The notes: generated by a model not told the origin, from the letters alone. A DNA stretch of 64,000 nucleotides from Candidatus Micrarchaeota archaeon (GCA_021814005.1 JAKAJC010000002.1:4325-68324); one strand, 5' to 3'. Counted from the first letter of the stretch, positions 16,780-26,182 are shown. A program made the numbers and translations.

Positions 16780-18411
16780 GTGGATGCCACTATCTCCCAG
16801 TCTCCAGTTCTCTCACCTCTTCTCTCACCCTTAGCTCCGCCTCCGCGTCTCTACCAATCATCCATTTCCGATGCCGTGCTAAAAAACGGCTCCACTCTTG
16901 TGGTGCTGCCCACTGGCCTTGGAAAAACTCTGGTTGCAATTCTGGTGGCGGCAGCCAAACTGAACGAGGGCGGCCGCGTGCTTTTTCTTGCACCCACCCG
17001 CCCTTTGGCAGCGCAGCACGAGAAAGTGTGCCGTGAATGGCTCAAACTCGCGCATGATGAAATCATTTCAGTCTCCGGCCTCATATCAGCCGAAAAAAGA
17101 AAGCCGCTTTATTTGTCACCTGTCCGCCTCGTCATCTCCACCCCGCAAACCATTGCCAACGACCTTGAAGCCGGCCGCCTCACATTTGATTTCTCTCTTG
17201 TTATTTTCGACGAATGCCACCGCTCGGTTGGAAGATATGCCTACACATTTGTCGCAACTGCAGCCAAAAAGCACGGCTCTCTTGTGCTCGGCCTCACCGC
17301 CTCTCCGGGCGGTGACAGAAAGAAAATAACCGACATCCTCAACGCATTGGGCATTACACATGTACAAATCCGCACCTCGGAAGATGCGGACGTTGCGCCC
17401 TATGTCAAGCCGCTTGAAATCGAGTGGATTAGGGTGGAATTGACGCCCGCTTTGCTCGAAGCAAAAGAAGTGCTTGGCGAGCTTATCCGCGCCCAGACAG
17501 AAACTTTGCGCAAAATGGGTTTTGTGGGCCAGTTTACATCGAAAAAGGCGCTTTCTGAAATGCGCATGAGAATTCTTGCATCCGGCTCGCATCTGCGCTT
17601 CTCGGCTCTCTCGCATCACGCAACACTTTTCTCTCTTGTGCATGTGCAGGAGCTATTGGAAACACAGGGCGTGGAATCTGTGCAGCGCTTTGTGCAAAGG
17701 GTGAAAGAGCGCGAGCCGAGCAAAGCTCAGGTGCGCTTGCTGCATAATGCAAAATTCATGGCAATGGTGGAGAAATTGAATGGAGCAACCGAGCATCCAA
17801 AGCTCAAAAAACTGGTTGAATTGGTCAAAGGCAGGCCTCAAGGCGAGAAATCCATAGTCTTCTGCCAATACCGCGACCAGGTCGGCGTGCTGGTAAGAGA
17901 ATTGGAAAAGGCAGGCCTGCGCGCAAAATCATTTATGGGCAAAAAAGAGGGCGTGACAGCCAAAGACCAGCAGAAAACACTTGCAGATTTCAGGGAGGGC
18001 CTGTTTGATATTCTCGTGGCCACTTCCATCGGCGAAGAGGGGCTGGACATTCCATCTGTTGACAATGTCATCTTCTATGAGCCTGTTGCGTCAGAAATCA
18101 GGCACATTCAGCGCCGCGGGCGCGCGGGCAGGGCGAAACTTGGCAGAATGTTCGGCCTGATGACTGCCAACACGCGCGACCAGGCCTTCTTCTGGTCATC
18201 GCGGAGGAAAGAGGAGAAGATGAAGAAAATAGTCGGCGGCCTTGCGCTTGCATCTCCTTCTGATTTCAAATCGGTGCTCAATGCAAGGGGAAGACCAAAG
18301 AAAATAGTGCCGGATTTGCCAAAAGAAACTAAAAACGAAAAAACAGAATCCCCCTCGCCTGTTATTTCCGCTCCAAAAAAGAAGGGGCAGAGCAAGATTT
18401 CCGATTTCTAA
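16780..18411 (+). CDS. Hef/FANCM-like superfamily-2 helicase (helicase domains only; no ERCC4 nuclease domain)
   Basis: Motifs are TLVVLPTGLGKT (I), VIFDECHRSVG (II, DECH), LGLTASPGG (III), and C-terminal helicase domain VATSIGEEGLDI...QRRGRAGR. It ends in a Lys-rich tail at 543 aa, with no nuclease or HhH2 region. Confidence 0.7.
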   Translation: MDATISQSPVLSPLLSPLAPPPRLYQSSISDAVLKNGSTLVVLPTGLGKTLVAILVAAAKLNEGGRVLFLAPTRPLAAQHEKVCREWLKLAHDEIISVSGLISAEKRKPLYLSPVRLVISTPQTIANDLEAGRLTFDFSLVIFDECHRSVGRYAYTFVATAAKKHGSLVLGLTASPGGDRKKITDILNALGITHVQIRTSEDADVAPYVKPLEIEWIRVELTPALLEAKEVLGELIRAQTETLRKMGFVGQFTSKKALSEMRMRILASGSHLRFSALSHHATLFSLVHVQELLETQGVESVQRFVQRVKEREPSKAQVRLLHNAKFMAMVEKLNGATEHPKLKKLVELVKGRPQGEKSIVFCQYRDQVGVLVRELEKAGLRAKSFMGKKEGVTAKDQQKTLADFREGLFDILVATSIGEEGLDIPSVDNVIFYEPVASEIRHIQRRGRAGRAKLGRMFGLMTANTRDQAFFWSSRRKEEKMKKIVGGLALASPSDFKSVLNARGRPKKIVPDLPKETKNEKTESPSPVISAPKKKGQSKISDF

Positions 18412-18430
18412 ATGCCGCTCGCCTGATTTT

Positions 18431-18916
18431 TCAGATGTGGCACGCGATGTCGTGCTTGAGATAATATTTCTGGTGATAGTCTTCGGCAGGCCAGAATGTT
18501 GTCAGCGGCTCCAAACTGGTGGCAATCGGGCGGGGAAATCGTTTGGAGGCATCGAGCTTGGCAACGAATGCGGCGGCCTTTTCTTTCTGTTTTTCATTTG
18601 AATAGAAAATAACGCTTCGATAGTTGTTTCCAACGTCAGGCCCCTGCCTGTCTATCTGCGTCGGGTCGTGCAATTCAAAAAAGCGGGCAAGAAGCTTTTC
18701 GTAGCTTGTTTTCCTCTCGTCATATTCCACTTCAACGCTTTCGGCATGGCCTGTTGTGTGCGAACAAACCTGCTCATAAGTTGGGTGCGCAATATGCCCA
18801 CCGCAATAGCCGACCCGCGTGCTCACAACGCCCGGAGTTTTGTCAAATGCCGCCTGCACTCCCCAGAAGCATCCTGCGGCAAAAACGCACTTTCGGGTTT
18901 TGGCGGGACTGGTCAT
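18431..18916 (-). CDS. msrA: Peptide methionine sulfoxide reductase MsrA
   Basis: The GCFWG active-site motif (AGCFWGVQAAF) and GYCGG; 161 aa. Confidence 0.9.
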   Translation of the reverse strand: MTSPAKTRKCVFAAGCFWGVQAAFDKTPGVVSTRVGYCGGHIAHPTYEQVCSHTTGHAESVEVEYDERKTSYEKLLARFFELHDPTQIDRQGPDVGNNYRSVIFYSNEKQKEKAAAFVAKLDASKRFPRPIATSLEPLTTFWPAEDYHQKYYLKHDIACHI

Positions 18917-18995
18917 TTCAACACCATTTATGCTTACTTAACTACGTCATTGTCTGCATATTTGGCCGCGCCGTCCTCCGGCAGTCTTTTTTGTC

Positions 18996-21800
18996 TCAAT
19001 ACTCGACTTTCTGCATCCACACCAGCTTCTTGGCTTCTTCCCAGACCAGCATCAGCGCTCCTGCCGCCGCAATGAATGCCCAGTCGTTTGCCACCAGCGG
19101 CAGTGTGTTGAACATGCTCTGGCCTATCGGAGTGTAAAGAATGGCCATTTGCAAAAAGAACGACACCAGCACGGCGGCCAGCAGCCAGCGGTTGGCAATA
19201 GGGCGGTAAAATGCCGAGAGATGGGAAGAGCGGCAGTTGAAGGCGTTCACCAGCTGTAGCATGATAAACACCGTAAATGCCATTGTGCCGGCCCGCGCAG
19301 CCATGGCCGCATCTGGCGACCTTTCGTAATATGCGAAAAGGCCGAATGTAAGCAGAAACATCAGCAGGCCCGAGCTTACTATGGAGAGCAAAAATGGTTT
19401 GCTCACAAACGGCGTGTCTTTGCGCCGCGGCGGCCTGTCCATTGCGTCCGGCCTGCCGGGCTCAAGCCCCAGCGCAAGTGCCGGCGGTCCGTCCATGATG
19501 ATGTTTATCCACAATATTTGCAGAGGCAAAAGCGGCAGGCCCAAACCGGCCAGCGGCGTGATGAACATGAGGGTGAGGGCGGCCACGTTTGTGGTGAACT
19601 GGAAGCGCACGAACGAGCGGATGTTTTCGAAAATCGAGCGCCCGCGGTCCACTGCGGTGACAAGAGTGGAGAAATTGTTGTCTGTGAGCACCATGTCTGC
19701 CGCGCCGCGCGCAACATCTGTGCCGCCAACGCCCATGGCCACTCCTATATCGGCTTTCTTGATGGAGGGCGCGTCATTCACCCCGTCTCCGGTGACTGCC
19801 ACCACTTCTCCCGACTTTTGCAGCGCGGTGATGATTCTGAATTTATGGGCCGGAGTGGCGCGGGCCAGCACGCGCAATGTCGGCAGGCGCGCCGCCAGCT
19901 GCTCGTCATCCATCTTTTCGAGCTCTTCGCCGCTCATGAGGCAATCGTCACTCTGCTGCGGGGGCAGCAGGCCCAATTGTCCTGAAATGACTTTGGCCGT
20001 CGTTGGCGCGTCTCCCGTGAGCATGATAACTCTGATGCCGGCCTTCTGGCAGAGGCGCAATGCCTCGCGCACTTCTGCGCGTGGAGGGTCGAGCATGCCG
20101 ACAAGCCCCATCCACACCAGTTCATTCTCGACTTCCTGCGGTTTCTTTTCCTCCCCTCTCTTCAGGCGGCGGCAGGCAAGTCCGAGAGTGCGCAGCGCAT
20201 CTGATGCATAATTTTCAACCTGCGCATGAATCTGTTTTTTCATCTGCGGGGTGAGCGGCACCACGCCCTCTTCTGTCATGGCCGAAACGCAGCGCGCCAG
20301 CACCTTTTCGGGCGCGCCCTTGACATAAACAACATGGTGCTTCTCTTCAGAGCGTATTTGGGCCATCATCTTGCGCGTGTAATCAAACGGATTCTGGCCG
20401 TCAAGCACATAATCTGCGCGAAGGCGCTCGAAATCCAGCCCCATCTTGGCGGCGCCGATAAGCAGCGCCACTTCTGTCGGGTCTCCGCGCGTGCCGATTG
20501 TCCCGTTCTCTCTTTTCTGCACGCCCGCCTCGTTGCAAAGCACAGCCGGCCTCATGGCCTCCCGCACCCTGCCGCGCTCGTCTTCAGAAATCGGCTGGCC
20601 GTCCTCGCGCGAGAGCTGGCCCGACAAATCCATCGGCCCCCCGCCAAGCCTATAATCCACTCCGGCCAGATGCGCGCGCACAAGAGTCATGCGGTTCTCG
20701 GTCAGCGTTCCCGTCTTGTCCGTGCAAATCACGGATGCCGAGCCGAGAGTTTCCACAGCCTGCAGTTTTCGCACCAGCGCCTTGTCAGCCGCCATGCGCT
20801 GCACGCCGAGGGCAAGAGTGATGGCCAGCACGGTCGGCAGGCCTTCGGGAATTGCGGCCACTGCCAAAGTTACGGCGGTGAGCAGCAGCCTGTCCCACGG
20901 CTCCTGAGCCTGCCACACTCCCACGATAAAGAAAATAATGCACAAAAGAATGGCCGCCTGCCCGATTCGCGTGCCAAGCTCGCCAAGAGATTTTTGCAGG
21001 GGCGTCTGCTCGCTCTCAACGCTTGCCAGACTTTCGGCAATGCGCCCGAACTGGGTGGACAAGCCTGTTGCAAACACAGCCGCGCGGCCCGAGCCGTGCA
21101 CAATTGTGGTGCCTGCATAAATGACATTGCTGCGCTCGGCCATGGCAGCATCTGCCGCAAGCGTGCCATGATGCTTGTCAATTGGCACAGACTCGCCGGT
21201 GAGCACCGACTGGTCAGAGCGCATTTGCGCGCCGGGCAGCAGGCGCGCGTCTGCCGGCACCAAATCCCCCTCGGTCAATAGAAGTATGTCGCCCGGCACA
21301 AGCTCGAGGCTGGGAATTTCCTGCTCCCGCCCCTCACGAATCACCCGGGCGGCGGGGGAAGTCATTTTTTGCAGGGCGCTGAGCGCCGCCTCGGCCTTGT
21401 ATTCCTGCAAAAATCCGAAAATAACCGACAAAACAACTGCCGCAAGAATGCCGACTGCGTCTATTGCATGGCCCACCCACGCGGCCACTCCGGCCGATGC
21501 GATGAGCATGAGAATGAGGATGTTCGACACCTGGCGTTTGAGAATGTCAAGCCACGTCGCTTTCTGCTCTATGCTCCAGGTGTTTGCCCCGAATTTGGCG
21601 CGCGCCGCCTCGGTCTGCGCAGAGCTCAATCCTGTCTGCGCATCTGCCCCGAGCTGCGAAAGAAGCTCCTCCTCGCTTATCGAGTGGGCCGAATCCACAA
21701 GAGAATGAGGCGGCGGCTGAGATGAAAAACTGGAGGGCGTACTGCTTGTCATGCCCCCATTTCGGGGGTGAGGTTTAAGGGTGTTTTGGCCTTCTGACAC
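18996..21800 (-). CDS. P-type cation-transporting ATPase (P2-type, Ca2+/Mg2+-ATPase-like)
   Basis: DKTGT phosphorylation motif (ICTDKTGTLTENRMT), TGES (LTGESVP) and the hinge VTGDGVNDAPSIKKADIGVAMG; 934 aa with about 10 TM helices. Confidence 0.9.
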   Translation of the reverse strand: MSEGQNTLKPHPRNGGMTSSTPSSFSSQPPPHSLVDSAHSISEEELLSQLGADAQTGLSSAQTEAARAKFGANTWSIEQKATWLDILKRQVSNILILMLIASAGVAAWVGHAIDAVGILAAVVLSVIFGFLQEYKAEAALSALQKMTSPAARVIREGREQEIPSLELVPGDILLLTEGDLVPADARLLPGAQMRSDQSVLTGESVPIDKHHGTLAADAAMAERSNVIYAGTTIVHGSGRAAVFATGLSTQFGRIAESLASVESEQTPLQKSLGELGTRIGQAAILLCIIFFIVGVWQAQEPWDRLLLTAVTLAVAAIPEGLPTVLAITLALGVQRMAADKALVRKLQAVETLGSASVICTDKTGTLTENRMTLVRAHLAGVDYRLGGGPMDLSGQLSREDGQPISEDERGRVREAMRPAVLCNEAGVQKRENGTIGTRGDPTEVALLIGAAKMGLDFERLRADYVLDGQNPFDYTRKMMAQIRSEEKHHVVYVKGAPEKVLARCVSAMTEEGVVPLTPQMKKQIHAQVENYASDALRTLGLACRRLKRGEEKKPQEVENELVWMGLVGMLDPPRAEVREALRLCQKAGIRVIMLTGDAPTTAKVISGQLGLLPPQQSDDCLMSGEELEKMDDEQLAARLPTLRVLARATPAHKFRIITALQKSGEVVAVTGDGVNDAPSIKKADIGVAMGVGGTDVARGAADMVLTDNNFSTLVTAVDRGRSIFENIRSFVRFQFTTNVAALTLMFITPLAGLGLPLLPLQILWINIIMDGPPALALGLEPGRPDAMDRPPRRKDTPFVSKPFLLSIVSSGLLMFLLTFGLFAYYERSPDAAMAARAGTMAFTVFIMLQLVNAFNCRSSHLSAFYRPIANRWLLAAVLVSFFLQMAILYTPIGQSMFNTLPLVANDWAFIAAAGALMLVWEEAKKLVWMQKVEY

Positions 21801-21826
21801 GCGAAGAGGCCGGTCAATCCCAAAAT

Positions 21827-22807
21827 CTATCTCTTCTCGCTCTGCGGCGCATCGGGGTCAAGCAAGAGCGGCGAGGGAATTCCGGTGAAAATCGCGAACG
21901 CCTCCAGACTCTTGTCAAAGCGCTCGTCAATGCGCGCGCCCCACACAACGTTTGTGTCGTCAGCGAGGCGGGCGGTCAGCTTCTCGCCGACATCATTTGC
22001 ATCTCCAAGCGTGAGGTCGGGCCCGCCGCTCAAATGAAAGAGCGCGCCCGAGGCCTGACTCCAGTCAACGTCAAGAAGCGGGTGGTCCAGCGTGTTGGTC
22101 ACAACTTCTTCGGCGCGGGCGTAACCCGACGCCTCTCCATGCGCCACCATGCCCAATCCGCCGCCGTCCATCAGAGTTTTGACATCTGCGAAGTCAAGAT
22201 TCATGAGCGAGGGTTCCAAAATTGTGCGGGAAATTCCGCCGACAGCCTTGGCCACCACATCATCGGCAAGTGCGAACGCCTTGTCGATTTGCATGTTGGG
22301 CACCCACTGGTAAAGCTTGTCGTTCTGCACGACCACGACGCAGTCGCACACATCTGCAAGTTTCGCCGTGCCGGTGCGGGCCTTTTTGATGCGGGCGCGC
22401 TCAAGCGCAAAGGGGAAAGTGACCATTCCGACAACAAGTGCGCCGTGGTCTTTTGCTATCTGGGCAATGACGGGCGCGCTGCCCGTGCCAGTGCCTCCGC
22501 CCATGCCTACGGTGATGAAAACCATGTCGGCGTCGGAAACCTGCTGCTCAATAAGTTTTTTTGACGCAAAAGCGGCCTTCTCGGCCAGAACCGGGTCTCC
22601 GCCGGCTCCAAGCCCTTTGGTGAGGCTGGCGCCCAAAAGCACGCGCTCGACGGGGTCAATCATTGTCTTGAGATGCTTTTTGTCTGTGTTGAATGCGACA
22701 AGGCGGGCTTTGCCCCCGCCCAAAGCTGCGAGCCGATTGACAGTGTTGCAGCCTCCGCCTCCCGCGCCGGCCACAAGGATTTCAATCCCGCCTTCGTTGC
22801 TCGTCAT
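21827..22807 (-). CDS. ftsZ: Cell division GTPase FtsZ (tubulin/FtsZ family)
   Basis: GAGGGGCNTVNRL (G1), tubulin signature GMGGGTGTGSAPVIAQIA, and T7 loop NLDFADV. It is 326 aa, essentially core only, with no long C-terminal linker. Confidence 0.85.
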   Translation of the reverse strand: MTSNEGGIEILVAGAGGGGCNTVNRLAALGGGKARLVAFNTDKKHLKTMIDPVERVLLGASLTKGLGAGGDPVLAEKAAFASKKLIEQQVSDADMVFITVGMGGGTGTGSAPVIAQIAKDHGALVVGMVTFPFALERARIKKARTGTAKLADVCDCVVVVQNDKLYQWVPNMQIDKAFALADDVVAKAVGGISRTILEPSLMNLDFADVKTLMDGGGLGMVAHGEASGYARAEEVVTNTLDHPLLDVDWSQASGALFHLSGGPDLTLGDANDVGEKLTARLADDTNVVWGARIDERFDKSLEAFAIFTGIPSPLLLDPDAPQSEKR

Positions 22808-22896
22808 GCTCCCACCTGAGCCGTTCCACTCGGTTGAACTATAAAAAGGGTAGGCTCAAAGGAGACTGTCCGTTTCTCCAATGGGGCCTTGCCCGC

Positions 22897-23904
22897 CTAG
22901 TAGCCGTTGTTTATGATTTGCGCCATTTCCTTTCTTTTCTTGATGTCGAGGTTCATGTTGTGCAACTCATTGGGGTCGATGTCGAATCTCCCCCGCTCGT
23001 CTTCTTTTAGTGCGGCCTGTTTTTCTGATTTGGCTTCGATTGCCTCTCTGTGGTCTTTGGCGCGCTGAACCAGGGCCTGCACTCTGGGGTTCATGTTCAC
23101 ATCCATGGTCAAGAGCTCGTTCCTAACCCGCTCAATGCGCCTGGCCTGTTTTTGCGCCTGACCTTCAAGTTCTCTCATGCGAATCTCTTTTGAGTGCTCA
23201 TCGATCTTGCCGCGTATTGCCATCTCTTCAACACTCCTCTTCTCGTCGCTGTGCCAGTACAGAAGGTAGCCGTCGGCCCGCTCGCAGAAGCGCAGGGCAA
23301 CGGCGGTGCTGTAACCCGTGACCAAGTCGGCGATGGAAAGCGACATCTCTATTTTCTCGGCTTTGTTCTTCGCGCGGCCGATATCGTCCTGCTTGTCGTT
23401 AAATATTTCATCGAAGCGCGTTTTCTCGTGCACAAGCGTCTCGGTCCAGGCCTCGGCTTTGTGGTAGCTGGAGGTGACCAGCTCAAGGGCTTCGACATAG
23501 AGGCCGATGTTTGTCACCTGCAGCTTGCCGTTTCCGTTTCCGTTCACGCGCCTGCCGTTTCTGGCTATGACGATAAGGCTTTCCGCGGCGACAGCATTCT
23601 GGCCGAGCTTTTTCGCCTCTTCAGTCACGTTCTTGAGCAGGCCCATCGCGGCAGCCGCATCTCCCTGTTCAAACAGCTGTTTCACGCGCGTATTCATGGC
23701 GAACAGAAATACCCCGACACTCTCCATGCTATTTGGCGGGGATTTCTTGAACTGGGCAAATGTTGTCTCCCACTCCTCCCGTCTTTTCATGGCAGGGTGC
23801 AGGGCGAGATTGACATTGTGCAAAAAGTTTCTGACCTTGCCGGCTTGTTTCACTTCAACGGGTTTGTGCCCGTTATTGCCTAAGCTAACCTTAGAATCAG
23901 TCAT
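22897..23904 (-). CDS. Hypothetical coiled-coil protein immediately upstream of ftsZ
   Basis: 335 aa. The C-terminal half is strongly heptad and charged (EIRMRELEGQAQKQARRIERVRNELL...). No family was recognised. It has the same orientation as ftsZ, 89 bp upstream. Confidence 0.5.
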   Translation of the reverse strand: MTDSKVSLGNNGHKPVEVKQAGKVRNFLHNVNLALHPAMKRREEWETTFAQFKKSPPNSMESVGVFLFAMNTRVKQLFEQGDAAAAMGLLKNVTEEAKKLGQNAVAAESLIVIARNGRRVNGNGNGKLQVTNIGLYVEALELVTSSYHKAEAWTETLVHEKTRFDEIFNDKQDDIGRAKNKAEKIEMSLSIADLVTGYSTAVALRFCERADGYLLYWHSDEKRSVEEMAIRGKIDEHSKEIRMRELEGQAQKQARRIERVRNELLTMDVNMNPRVQALVQRAKDHREAIEAKSEKQAALKEDERGRFDIDPNELHNMNLDIKKRKEMAQIINNGY

Positions 23905-24096
23905 CTCTATCCCTCCTTGAGAAATAAGCGGTGCGGGATGTTATTTTCCAAACTGAGTAATCTGACGCATCAGGGGATGCAAAAGCTCTCAGTTCAGTCA
24001 TTAGGCTGTCCCTCGCCACACTGCTTCATTTTACAACACCGAAGATTAAAAGCGTTTGTTCGGGCGGGGGCTGGGGGATTTTGGTGGGAAAAATAA

Positions 24097-24372
24097 GTGG
24101 TAAGAGCAACCATCATTGCCCAGACGCCGGAGGCCAGAATTCAGAAGTGTCAGCTCCGCCTTGTATCTGCACAGCACGGATCCGGTCGCTTAGGGTTGCA
24201 CCTTCCGGCCTCACCCGGTTCGCTTCCAAGACCCGTCCGCGCAGGCAGGGCCTCGTCGCTTATCTTCTGCTCACGACCGCCAGCGCACTGAACGCCGGCA
24301 GCCTGTCGGTCCCGTCTAAAGGGGGTTTACGGCGAGGAGGGGCCCCTGGCCCCCCGACCACTCTTACCGGGA
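24097..24372 (-). ncRNA. Signal recognition particle RNA (7S / SRP RNA)
   Basis: The minus strand contains GGUGAGGCCGGAAGGUGCAACC, matching the universally conserved helix-8 motif (AGGNCCGGAAGGNAGCAAC). The 5' GGUAAGAG (rc of 24361-24368) pairs with the 3' CUCUUACC (rc of 24099-24106), closing a roughly 275-nt domain as in SRP RNA. A T-rich run follows the 3' end. It lies in a 520-bp gap with no coding ORF. Boundaries are approximate (+/-10 nt). Confidence 0.55.
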
Positions 24373-24390
24373 AAAATTATGCATTTCGTG

Positions 24391-24402
24391 CTTTAAATAA
24401 TG
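24391..24402 (-). promoter_or_regulatory. TATA box (ATTATTTAAAG on the minus strand), about 25 nt upstream of the predicted SRP RNA 5' end
   Basis: It is an A/T-rich hexamer-plus in an otherwise GC-rich context. Its spacing to the paired 5' end of the RNA fits archaeal promoter geometry. Confidence 0.35.
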
Positions 24403-24427
24403 CGCGCCCCGGGGCGCGCAGCGAAAA

Positions 24428-26032
24428 TCAGTCCTGTTTTATCTTGTTTTTATTCTCGAAAATATGCAGCGGGCCGTTGGTCCATCTCTGCTCGAACGGC
24501 GCGGGCACCATGCTGGCATTCTCGCACGCGCCAACCCGCATCACAACATAATCATAATCCTCGCCAATCCGCGTCCAGTTGAGCGTTTGGTAATACTCTT
24601 TCCAATACTTGCATTTCTCCTGTGTTGGCTTTGCAAACACCTTGTATGCCAAATCCCCGATTGCGCCGTTCAATTCAAGCCTCTCGTTTGCCGCCGGCTC
24701 CTTGAACTGGACCGGCGTATATCCTTCGGCAAATATGTATGGCACATATACCCCTTTTTGCACCACCCAGTAGCCCCACGCGTGGAAATAGGGGCTCACA
24801 CCGCCCTGCTCGCCGCTCATGGCAAATCCCTCGCCAATCGGCAACACCGTCACATTTGACCCGCCGGCAAGATGGTCTGCAACCGACGCGATTGCCTCAA
24901 TGTGCGGCTGCTCGGCCGCCCATCCGGCCATCATCACGCCCATTTCGGCCAGCGTGAAAATGAGAAGTGCAATAGTCAATTCCGAAATCAGCTGTTTGGC
25001 GCCCCGCTCGGCCAGCGGCTTGAACATGGCCGCCGCCATCGCGAAAATAAAGAAAGGCCACAGGCGCGGGGCCGCAAACTGCCAGCTTGCCGTGCTCTCG
25101 GGCAGCAGCATTGCGCCCGCGGCCAGAAGCGCGGCAACCGCCAGCCACGCGCCGGCAGGCATTCCGCCTTTTTTCTCGGAGCGCATCCAGATGATGATGT
25201 CGGTCGCCACTATGACGAAAAAGATTATGCTGAGCGCCGGATTCGGCGGAACGTGGAGAAGATAATTGAATTTTTGCAAAGCCCCGCCCCAAACCATCTG
25301 CCCGCCCTGCTCGGGGGCAAGAATGGGGCCGAGGGAGAGAACCGCAATGGCCAGAACAGGCAGTGCAAATGCCAAATCCCATCTGATGTTTTTGAAAAGA
25401 GAATCAAGGCCGTCTTTCGCGCTCTTTCTTTTCCATGCCGCCTGTCCGGCTTCGACAAGGCGCATCACTCCAATGACTCCGACAAGCACCGCTCCGGCCA
25501 CGATATGGGTGATGGTCGCAAAAACAGAGAGAAAAACAGCCAGCACAATGCTTTTCGCGCCTCTTTCCCCCGCCGATTTCATCCAATATCCTGCCGCAAT
25601 CAAAAACAATGGTATGCACAGCGCGTAATTGAGAAACCCCATGAGGAAAAACCAGTTGTAGGCCAGCGCAGCGCCAAGCGCGCCTCCAAGCGGCTCGAGC
25701 GTTGGCTCGATTTTGCGCATGAAATAGGCGGCCCCCCAGATGCTGAGGATTATAGTGATGGAAAGCAGCAGCCGGCCGCTTGCCTCCACTCCGGCAAACG
25801 GGCCCAAAACCCGCATGAACCAGAAATCTGTCGAATTGGGCAGAAGCAGGTTCGGGTTTGCCTGCATGTAAGAGGGCCTGCCGGCATCGTTTTCAATTAC
25901 CATGCGCACTCCGGCCAGATGGTTGGGCCAGTCGTTGAGCGGCAGGAAATGGAAATACCAGATTGGGATGAGAAGAAGAATTGTGAATATGGCGAGGGCC
26001 CAGAACCACCATGGTTTTGACGGAATTCGCAT
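24428..26032 (-). CDS. Polytopic integral membrane protein, possible GT-C fold glycosyltransferase
   Basis: 534 aa with at least 12 TM helices. An early loop has an acidic/aromatic motif (PLNDWPNHLAG), and the C-terminal soluble domain is about 100 aa. It lies next to a Wzx-like flippase. The function is inferred from topology only. Confidence 0.45.
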   Translation of the reverse strand: MRIPSKPWWFWALAIFTILLLIPIWYFHFLPLNDWPNHLAGVRMVIENDAGRPSYMQANPNLLLPNSTDFWFMRVLGPFAGVEASGRLLLSITIILSIWGAAYFMRKIEPTLEPLGGALGAALAYNWFFLMGFLNYALCIPLFLIAAGYWMKSAGERGAKSIVLAVFLSVFATITHIVAGAVLVGVIGVMRLVEAGQAAWKRKSAKDGLDSLFKNIRWDLAFALPVLAIAVLSLGPILAPEQGGQMVWGGALQKFNYLLHVPPNPALSIIFFVIVATDIIIWMRSEKKGGMPAGAWLAVAALLAAGAMLLPESTASWQFAAPRLWPFFIFAMAAAMFKPLAERGAKQLISELTIALLIFTLAEMGVMMAGWAAEQPHIEAIASVADHLAGGSNVTVLPIGEGFAMSGEQGGVSPYFHAWGYWVVQKGVYVPYIFAEGYTPVQFKEPAANERLELNGAIGDLAYKVFAKPTQEKCKYWKEYYQTLNWTRIGEDYDYVVMRVGACENASMVPAPFEQRWTNGPLHIFENKNKIKQD

Positions 26033-26070
26033 GTCATTCTCTTATCGCAACTGCTTTAAAACCAAAACCG

Positions 26071-26080
26071 CCTATATTAA
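26071..26080 (+). promoter_or_regulatory. TATA box (CCTATATTAA) about 20 bp upstream of tRNA-Ser
   Basis: Seen directly in the sequence; the spacing is appropriate for an archaeal tRNA promoter. Confidence 0.4.
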
Positions 26081-26091
26081 CATCTATTCGC

Positions 26092-26177
26092 GCTGGGGTC
26101 GCATAACCCGGTATTGCGGCAGGTTGCTAACCTGTTGGGGCGATAGCCTCTTACGAGTTCAAATCTCGTCCCCGGCG
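26092..26177 (+). tRNA. tRNA-Ser (anticodon GCU), type II with long variable arm; CCA not encoded
   Basis: The manual fold gives acceptor GCUGGGG/CCCCGGC (one G-U pair) with discriminator G. The D-stem is GCA(U)/(U)UGC. The anticodon stem GCAGG/CCUGU carries loop UUGCUAA, reading anticodon GCU. A 17-nt variable arm has a 5-bp stem (GGGGC/GCCUC). The T-arm is ACGAG-UUCAAAU-CUCGU. The total length is 86 nt. Confidence 0.85.
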
Positions 26178-26182
26178 AAAGG

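Noticed and set aside
19381-21281. 276-aa and 351-aa plus-strand ORFs
   Set aside because: They lie entirely antisense within the P-type ATPase gene, which has unambiguous motifs. Their Arg/Ala/Ser/His-rich composition marks an artefact.
24097-24372. Structured RNA considered as RNase P RNA because of the GGUAAGAG string
   Set aside because: The conserved SRP helix-8 motif (AGGCCGGAAGGUGCAAC) is present on the minus strand, and the P4/CR-I/CR-V RNase P signatures (GNAAANUC, ACAGNRA...GGCUUA) are not convincingly found. SRP RNA is the better call.
24872-26020. 382-aa plus-strand ORF
   Set aside because: It is antisense to the 534-aa membrane protein and is an Arg/Gly/His-rich artefact. Similar long antisense ORFs were rejected at 15360..16169 (in the DEAD helicase), 40577..41509 and 42074..42586 (in hppA), 42643..43491 (in nadK), 50395..51225 (in the aminotransferase) and 53548..54369 (in trpB2).
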